Program-made: the position numbers and the translations under genes
From: Azolla caroliniana
Taxonomy: Eukaryota > Plantae > Polypodiophyta
NCBI GenBank assembly: GCA_043228905.1
Contig: JBHGNT010001368.1
Span: 1-9,346, forward strand
Length of the DNA: 9,346 bases
Direction of reading: 5' to 3'
The notes under the pieces: generated by a model
The model's database searches: none
What the model saw: only the letters and a program-made list of their open reading frames with translations
Told to the model about the DNA's origin: nothing
Part shown: positions 1 through 5,791 of the stretch, piece by piece
Layout: every line of letters starts with the position of its first letter
Position numbering within the stretch: the first letter of the stretch is position 1

Positions 1-390
1 AGTCTCTAGAATTAGTGGGCAGGAATTCTCGGTATTATCGTCCTCCATTGTTTCACCCATAGCCACCTTCTCGACTATCTCTCTGTCGTATGCATTGGCT
101 TTGACCTTCGTTTTCTCTTCGTGACCTTCCGTCTCTTCGGTCTCACGTTGCTTTTCGAACGCAACTGCTGAAATCTCTAGAATTAGTGTTGGGAGAGTCT
201 TGCCTCGGCCATCCGCCATTGGCTCATCCATAGCCACCCTCTTGACTATTTCTCCATCACATGCATCGACGTCAATTTTTGTTTCCTCTCTGCCACCTTC
301 TGTCTCTTTGGTCTCACGTTGGGTCTTAGATGCAACTGCCGAAGTCTCTAGAATTAGTGGGAAGGAATCCTTGGTATTACCATCCTCCAT
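1..390 (-). repeat. 171-bp (57-codon) degenerate tandem repeat, at least 2.3 copies, inside the gag-like ORF
   Basis: TCTCTAGAATTAGTG recurs at 3, 174 and 345 (period 171), and the intervening sequence aligns without gaps. Confidence 0.9.
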
Positions 391-1189
391 CGAATCATCC
401 TTAGCCTCCTTCACCTCGATGTCGTTATCCGTGGCTATCTCTTCAACTCTATAGGCTTCACACTCTTTGCCCTCCTCAATCATGCAAGCATCGATTATGG
501 TTACCCCTTTTTCACTCGATGCTTTCGACACTCGTGTCCCGAAACCTTCTTCCACTCTTGAAATGGTGTTCGCCACTCTCAAGTCATCGGCCATATCCTT
601 GGCTATCATTCTTTCACAAGACAAGAGGATATCTTGTTCCACAACCTCTCCCGTAGTACCATCATATTGTATTTCAGCCTTCATATCGGTCACATCATTC
701 ATTTTCAATTGATCATCCCTCATGAACCATGTTGATGCCAACCAGATTCTCGTCTTCCTCTTATCATGTCTTCGGAATATTCTTTCAACTTCGGCCCATT
801 CCATTTGCACCGTTATCGTCTTCAAGTTTGATCCTGATGTCCATCCTTCCTTTCCAATCGATCAATCTTACGAACATTAGGACTTTATCTACCCCCACCA
901 ATCGTTGTTCCCGCTCCAAGAGTTGAGCAAAATGATACTCAAACTCTAGGAATGCTTGTGTCGCGCTTTGGTGGATCTTCGCCGATGCCACCCACTGGTC
1001 AAACTCGCGTCGATCTCGTCCCTTCGGTCTCTCATAGTCATATGCCTCTCATAAAGCTTCTTCAAAGGACCCCCATGTCGGGTTTTGTTGTCGTATCTTG
1101 TGGATTCTCTCTTGTAGCTTATATGTGGCCACCCGATTAAAGGATATCACTTGCAATCCTTCCGGTATCCCGCATCGCATCATCTCTGC
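1..1189 (-). pseudogene. gag: gag-like ORF of family A, 3' part (one stop, one frameshift, long acidic extension running off the window)
   Basis: Reads EMMRCGIPEGLQVISFNRVATYKLQERIHKIRQQNPTWGSFEEAL*EAYDYERPKGRDRREFDQWVASAKIHQSATQAFLEFE... with the stop at 1049-1051. After a frameshift near 800 it reads MEWAEVERIFRRHDK...PLILET with no stop down to base 1. Confidence 0.75.
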
Positions 1190-1731
1190 TGTCGTGCCTT
1201 TCGGCTCCGGATCGTTGCGTGAGTCGGGTGGGAACCACAGAGGTCTTGGACTAGGAGAAAGAAGTTCGTGAGATAGAGATTAATTATAAGTAAATAGCAA
1301 AGAGAAAGATAAGAAACTCGTGAATCACACGAGTATACTATATTAATTGGTACTTAGGGTGTTAAGAGAGAAGTAGATGTATAAATCGTGAATCCCACGA
1401 ATAATTTTTGTATTGATTAATACATAATCCAAATAATCAACAACCATATACATATTTCTCTCCTCCTTATATAAAGATGGAAGAGCTAAGCATGGCTTCA
1501 TGCTTTTTTTTTACAAAAAGTGTTCATGTCCACTAAATGTGCATGTGATGCTTTTTTTATTTCCTAAGTATAGGGCTCATGCACGCTAGATGTGCATGAG
1601 TTATTTTTAGTGTCTCGTGTTTTTCTTTTCTTTTCTTTTTCATATATTAAAAAATACACGATTTACCTTTTAATAAAGGTATGCATAAATAAAGGTCTTA
1701 TACCTATTAAATCTATATTTAAAACACTTAA

Positions 1732-1803
1732 GATAAGTTAATGTAATGGTAAGGTTGGGGTTTGTCAACGTGGAGGTGCAAAGTTCGAATCATGCCCTGC
1801 GCA
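1732..1803 (+). promoter_or_regulatory. tRNA-like (Pol III A-box/B-box) cassette in U3 of the solo LTR, antisense to the element
   Basis: A-box-like TAATGTAATGG at 1739-1749 and B-box core GTTCGAATC at 1783-1791, at tRNA spacing (44 nt). GGAGGT sits in the variable-loop position and a T5 run follows at 1819-1823. Confidence 0.55.
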
Positions 1804-1853
1804 ATAGTGAGTATTTCCTTTTTCTTTTTACATTTATGTCTCTTTATCCGGCT

Positions 1854-1927
1854 CTTCCTTGCCGGTATGCCGTTTTCTTCCTTGCCGGTATGCCGTTTTC
1901 CTCCTTGCCGGTATGCCGTTTTCTTCC
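1854..1927. repeat. 23-bp tandem repeat x3.2 in U3 of the solo LTR
   Basis: CTTCCTTGCCGGTATGCCGTTTT at 1854, 1877 and 1900 (one mismatch in the third copy), plus CTTCC. Confidence 0.95.
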
Positions 1928-2007
1928 GGATTTCACCGAGCACTCCATTCTCTATCCGGAGGGACAAAAATATTATTTCCACATAGTGTGCAACCTACAC
2001 TACGACA

Positions 2008-2176
2008 CCGCTTTGTAGTCACGTAGATAGCATGACGCATCCTTTCTGTTGAATTGTCCATTTCATTCTACGAGCTGCTTTACTACCGCCGTGATCTCCG
2101 ACATCACTTGTTGTTCATGTAGCATCTGCTCGAACATCATCATCATCGTGCTCATCGTCTCTTGTTGATTCTCCAT
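2008..2176 (-). pseudogene. gag: gag-like ORF of family A, 5' part
   Basis: ATG at 2176, 17 nt past the PBS: MENQQETMSTMMMMFEQMLHEQQVMSEITAVVKQLVE*NGQFNRKDASCYLRDYKA. It joins the 3' part in frame once the solo LTR and one TSD copy are removed. Confidence 0.75.
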
Positions 2177-2192
2177 CTCCTTGTCACCCGTC

Positions 2193-2210
2193 TTCACGTC
2201 GGGTTCACCA
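2193..2210 (-). promoter_or_regulatory. Primer-binding site complementary to the tRNA-Trp 3' end (copy 1)
   Basis: TGGTGAACCCGACGTGAA follows the LTR end after a 4-nt gap (CATT). The plus strand TTCACGTCGGGTTCACCA matches the 3' 18 nt of plant cytosolic tRNA-Trp(CCA) as I recall it. Confidence 0.85.
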
Positions 2211-2214
2211 AATG

Positions 2215-2329
2215 TGTCGTGCCTTTCAGCGCTAGATCGTTGCGTGAGTCGGGTGGGAACCACTAGGGTTTTGGACTAGGAGGAAGAATTTGAGACGAGT
2301 CTAGTTATGAATAGATTATTAGAAAGAGA
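2215..2329 (-). mobile_element. U5-end fragment of a family A LTR (part of a duplicated block)
   Basis: Nearly identical to 3173-3290. Similarity stops abruptly after AGAAAGAGA at 2329. Confidence 0.9.
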
Positions 2330-3137
2330 ACAGGTTCCTCCGGATGGGAAGGGAGTAGATCAATGCCGATGAACAAACTCGGCCGAGGCCGAAGACCGGA
2401 TGAGGTGGACCCGGCCACGGAGAGCCGGATGATGCAGACCCGGTGAAGACCGGATGAGGAGTACCTGGCTACGGAGAGCCGGATGATGCAGATCCGGTGA
2501 AGACCGGATGAGGAGAACTTGGCTACGGAGAGCCGGATGATACAGACCCGGTGTGAACCGGATGAGGAGTACCCGGCTACGGAGAGCCGGATGGTGCAGG
2601 CCCGGTATGAACCGGATGAGGAGTACTCGGCTACAGAGAGCCGGATGGTGCAGGCCCGGTATGAACCGGATGAGGAGACATATTCATAAATATGTTTCTG
2701 AGAGCCTATCGAGGCTACATTTGTAAATAGCCAAAAAGTCATATTAGTATAAATATGACTTAGGGCAAAAACTTTTGGTTACTGTTGTTGTCATTTTTTT
2801 TTTCTTGTTGGTGCAAGAAGAAGAGAGAGTGCGTAACTGTACAGAGAGAGAGTGAGAGACGAGGTCGTTGCCTCTGTTGTAACCGCCGCCTGTGGCGAAG
2901 ATCGTGAGTCCAAGGTCGTTGCCTCCGTGAACTCACTGTTTTGTACATTCATACATAGCGACAGTTTGCAGCCTGTGGGCTGCCGTGGTATTTTCCCCTA
3001 GTTTGGGGTTTTTTCCACGTTAACCTCCTGTGTATCTTTCTCCTCTTTGTGTCGTGTTCTATTTCCCGTTTTCTGTGTATGAAAAGAATCTCGGTTGTGG
3101 CCGAGCGTTGCGCATAAGGAGCTAGGAGTTCCCGACA
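2330..3137 (+). mobile_element. 5'-truncated Ty1/copia LTR (family B)
   Basis: Ends ...GTTCCCGACA at 3137 and has TATAAATA at 2748-2755. The CCGTGGTATTTTCCC...GGGGTTTTTTCCACGTTAA motif resembles Tnt1/Tork-like LTRs. It is collinear with the reverse complement of the LTR at 8501-9209, which is linked to a copia RNase H. There is no 5' TG end. Confidence 0.85.
2391..2677 (+). repeat. 54-bp CCGG-rich tandem repeat x5.3 upstream of the TATA box of the copia LTR
   Basis: Units start at 2391, 2445, 2499, 2553, 2607 and 2661. Approximate consensus is GAAGACCGGATGAGGAGTACCCGGCTACGGAGAGCCGGATGATGCAGACCCGGT. Confidence 0.95.
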
Positions 3138-3150
3138 CTTGTCACCTGTC

Positions 3151-3168
3151 TTCACGTCGGGTTCACCA
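3151..3168 (-). promoter_or_regulatory. tRNA-Trp primer-binding site (copy 2)
   Basis: The same 18-mer as 2193-2210, again 4 nt from the LTR end at 3173. Confidence 0.85.
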
Positions 3169-3172
3169 AATG

Positions 3173-4026
3173 TGTCGTGCCTTTCAGCGCTAGATCGTTG
3201 CGTGAGTCAGGTGGGAACCACTGGGGTTTTGGACTAGGAGGAGGAAGAATTTGAGACGAGTCTAGTTATGAATAGATTATTAGAAAGAGAGATAGAAACT
3301 TGTGAATCCCACAAGTATAGTTGTTTTAGTTTATCTTAATCGTAGTAATAAATTGAAATAGTTTAGAATAGTTTAGAATAGATTAGAGTAGATTGAGAAA
3401 AGAGATCAAAACTTGTGAATCCCACAAGTATTATATTAATCAATACTTATGTAAGAATATGAATGTAGATTGAAAGAGAAGGATATAAAAACCTCGTGAA
3501 TTCCACGAGTATAGTTTATGTCGTGAATCCCACGAATATAATTTATTAATTTGTGTTTTTAGAAATATATCCAATTTCCAAAGTTTTCACACCCCTATTA
3601 CATTATGCTCCCCATCCTTATATAGTGATGAGAGAGTCTTAGCAATCCATGCTTTTTTTTTCTAACTATGGACTCCATGCTTTCTCTATCTATAGACTAT
3701 ATGCTTTCTCTAACATGCGTTTTTTATTGACTATAGTGTTTATGCACGTTAGATGTGCATGTGTAACTTTTTTCTATCATGCGTTTTTCTTCTAGTTGAA
3801 GCTTTTTCTTAGAAAAAAAACCTTTCTATGTGGAATATTTGCTTTTCTAACACTCATGATGTGTTAGTGTGATGGTAAGGTGTTAAATTATTAATATGGA
3901 GGTATAAGGTTTGAATCTTGCCCTATGCATGTAATATTTATTGTCATATTTTCTTCGTTTTCTTCATATTTATTAAATCGAGTACTTTGTACATTTTTGA
4001 CGTAGTGTATGAAATACACTACGACA
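3173..4026 (-). mobile_element. Complete 5' LTR of the family A element (854 bp)
   Basis: TGTCGTG at 3173 to CACTACGACA at 4026, followed on the minus strand by the PBS. TATATAA lies on the minus strand at 3624-3618. The predicted TSD is ACGG (4027-4030). Confidence 0.92.
3858..3929 (+). promoter_or_regulatory. tRNA-like A-box/B-box cassette in U3 of the second family A LTR
   Basis: TAGTGTGATGG at 3865-3875 and GGTTTGAATCT at 3908-3918 (C>T at the CpG), with the same 44-nt spacing as in the solo LTR. Confidence 0.5.
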
Positions 4027-4052
4027 ACGGTATGCTACGTATGTTACAACCA

Positions 4053-4533
4053 TGCAATATCCAACATATCTTGCATATCGTGAAGAAAGTTTTGTGTACT
4101 TTGCAACTCATCATGATGTATATTAACATCAATCAAGGCTCGTGGTTGAAAACCATACATCAACATAAAAGGACTATATCCCGTCAATGTATGTTTGGAG
4201 TTGTTATAAGCAAAACCGTGGGGTTAACTTAGCGCACTTACCTGTAGGCAATGTCTTAGAATTGTGAGGTACACTTAAAAATACCTTTTGTAAAGGGTTG
4301 AATACACGAGGTTGCTTATTCTGATCGGCATAAGAACGCGCTCTATCTTGAGCTTCTTTTATATTATCTCGTGCAATATCCAACATATCTTGCATATCGT
4401 GAAGAAAGTTTTGCATACTTCGCAACTCATCATGATGTATATTAACATCAATTGAGGCTCGTGGCTGAAAACCATCCACCAACATAAAAGGACTATATCA
4501 TGTCGATGTATGTTTGGAGTTGTTATAAGCAAA
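4053..4533. repeat. 162-bp direct repeat (4053-4214 and 4372-4533), remnant of a 319-bp tandem duplication in the integrase relic
   Basis: Ungapped alignment at offset 319 with about 11 mismatches by manual count. Confidence 0.93.
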
Positions 4534-5107
4534 CTCCAAAATTGGGAGATAATGTTCCCATTTTGTTAGTTTTGTACAACATATGCACGGAGCATGTCCT
4601 CAATAATTTGATTTACTCGTTCTGTCTGTCCATTGGATTGAGGATGATCTGTGGAGCTAATGCTCAATGTAGCGTCCAAAAGTGGCGATTAAACTTTGGA
4701 TCTCAATCACTCACAATATCCATCGGTAACCCATAAAAATGAAATAATTCGTCAACGAATTGCTAAGCGAGTTCAGGAGTTGTTACCGTGGTTTTAGTAG
4801 CAATAAATCTGGCCATTTTTGTTAGTCTATCAACCACAACCCAGATGGCATCATGGCCTTTTTGGGTGCGAGGAAGGCTAACAATAAAATACATGGATAT
4901 ACATTCCCACTTATTATTGGGAATGTCCAAAAGTCAAGCGGCATTAAGTCGCTCAACTTTGTTAACCTGACACTGTTGACATTTAGTCACATAACTATTT
5001 ATGTCAGGACGCATCTTAGGCCAATAGAATTGAGTGGAGATGAGAATGAGTGTACGATGTATTCCAGGGTGCCCTACTAAGGGTGCATCATGGCATTCAA
5101 AAAGAAT
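4211..5107 (-). pseudogene. pol: Ty3/gypsy integrase relic (element D), truncated at both ends
   Basis: Reads ILFECHDAPLVGHPGIHRT...FYWPKM...KCQQCQVNK (HHCC), [75 protein letters not shown]...SPF and KLTPRFC. It has stops and frameshifts, and the first catalytic D is replaced by Y. Confidence 0.95.
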
Positions 5108-5365
5108 TCTCTCTCTCTTTTCTTTTTTTTAAACTATACTCCATTAGTATTAAAATTAAAGTGGCCAAAGGCAAGATACAAGATAATCCAACATTACAAT
5201 GAATATTGTGTAGACATGTTAACTGACTGTAGCCAATCTTTCTAGATAAAGATAAATAAATTTTTCTGCTAGCCAATCTTATTCATATTCAGAATCCAAG
5301 AATAATGTTTCATCCAAACAACCCCTTTCCTTCAATCTTAGCATGTGTCATAGACATATGCCAAG

Positions 5366-5437
5366 GAGGAAGGTAGGGATTTAACCCAAGACCTCATGGT
5401 CTCTATTGGGTAACCCTACCCATTGAGCTACCTATGC
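5366..5437 (-). promoter_or_regulatory. tRNA-like cassette (A-box, D-arm, variable loop, T-arm) in U3 of LTR C, antisense to the element
   Basis: The minus strand reads GCATAGG TA GCTC AATGGGTA GGGT ... GAGGTC TTGGG TTAAAT CCCTA CCT. The A-box TAGCTCAATGG (5430-5420) is canonical, the B-box lacks one C and the anticodon arm does not pair. Confidence 0.65.
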
Positions 5438-5505
5438 ATCCTTGTACCATATCCAGCTTCATGTAGTGTAGATTGAACATTGGAAGTTTCTAGCTTGCAC
5501 ACACT

Positions 5506-5600
5506 CTCATGCATTGTCTATTGCATGCATCCTCATGCATTGTCTATTGCATGCATCCTCATGTGTTCTCCATTGTGTGCATCCTCATGCATACTCTATT
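5506..5600. repeat. 26-bp tandem repeat x3.6 in U3 of LTR C
   Basis: CTCATGCATTGTCTATTGCATGCATC is identical at 5506 and 5532, with diverged copies at 5558 and 5584. Confidence 0.93.
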
Positions 5601-5765
5601 TCTAGCTGGCTTACATAGCCCTACCTTCTTGTATAAATACCCTTGATTCTAATCAAGGTGAACAACACCAGTTACAGATTCTATAAGTTGAGTTCTTGTT
5701 CTTTTCCTCTCTCTTGTGTTCTGGTCTTGTCTTCTCTTTGCTCTATTATACTTGTCCGTGATAGT

Positions 5766-5775
5766 TTGTTCACCT
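5766..5775 (+). promoter_or_regulatory. Putative self-priming PBS of element C
   Basis: TTGTTCACCT begins after a 2-nt gap from the LTR end and is the exact reverse complement of AGGTGAACAA at 5656-5665, 24 nt downstream of the start of the TATA box. Confidence 0.75.
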
Positions 5776-5791
5776 GCCTCTTCTTGCTACC

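Larger units (their letters stand above)
1190..2007 (-). mobile_element. Solo LTR of family A (818 bp) inserted in gag
   Basis: Starts TGTCGTG at 1190 and ends CTACGACA at 2007. Flanks are CTGC (1186-1189) and CCGC (2008-2011). It is homologous to the LTRs starting at 2215 and 3173. TATA-like TATATAA lies on the minus strand at 1473-1467. Confidence 0.92.
1..4026 (-). mobile_element. 5' portion of an LTR retrotransposon (family A, probably Ty3/gypsy) with nested insertions; continues beyond the left edge
   Basis: Minus-strand order is LTR (4026-3173), PBS, then gag-like ORF. LTR termini are TGTCGT...ACGACA and the PBS matches tRNA-Trp. No pol lies in the window, so the superfamily is inferred from the gag-like sequence and the 4-bp TSD. 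Confidence 0.85.
5346..5763 (+). mobile_element. 5' LTR of element C (418 bp)
   Basis: Degenerate 11-bp inverted termini TGTCATAGACA / TGTCCGTGATA (inferred ancestor TGTCACGGACA / TGTCCGTGACA), TATAAATA at 5632-5639 and a CT-rich U5. The gag ATG is 29 nt downstream. No second LTR is available to confirm the ends. Confidence 0.78.

Noticed and set aside
200-1140. Plus-strand Ser-rich ORFs (200-454, 467-712, 729-926, 952-1140)
   Set aside because: They are antisense shadows of the purine-rich gag-like ORF.
1728-2018. Three overlapping short ORFs in the solo LTR
   Set aside because: They are driven by the 23-bp repeat and are not conserved in the other LTR copy.
2193-2210. tRNA-Trp gene
   Set aside because: Only the 3' 18 nt including CCA are present, next to an LTR, so this is a PBS rather than a gene.
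2343-2359. Purine run as the PPT marking the copia LTR start
   Set aside because: No TG terminus follows it and no pol precedes it, so the call cannot be supported.
2391-2677. Possible CRISPR array
   Set aside because: The units are contiguous 54-bp repeats with no unique spacers, there are no cas genes, and the context is a eukaryotic LTR.
2305-2742. 145-aa minus-strand ORF with 18-aa repeats
   Set aside because: It is a by-product of a 54-bp repeat with no stop in one frame. It is antisense to the LTR and crosses a rearrangement junction.
3918-5080. Plus-strand ORFs 3918-4232, 4500-4736, 4788-4970 and 4853-5080
   Set aside because: They are antisense to the integrase relic or span element junctions, and they have no recognisable motifs.
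5230-5280. TAGCCAATCTT twice, 40 nt apart (CCAAT boxes)
   Set aside because: This is a short repeat in an AT-rich spacer with no associated gene, which is too little evidence for function.
5366-5437. Functional tRNA gene
   Set aside because: The anticodon arm and outer acceptor stem do not pair and the T-loop lacks a base. It is reported only as a tRNA-like cassette.
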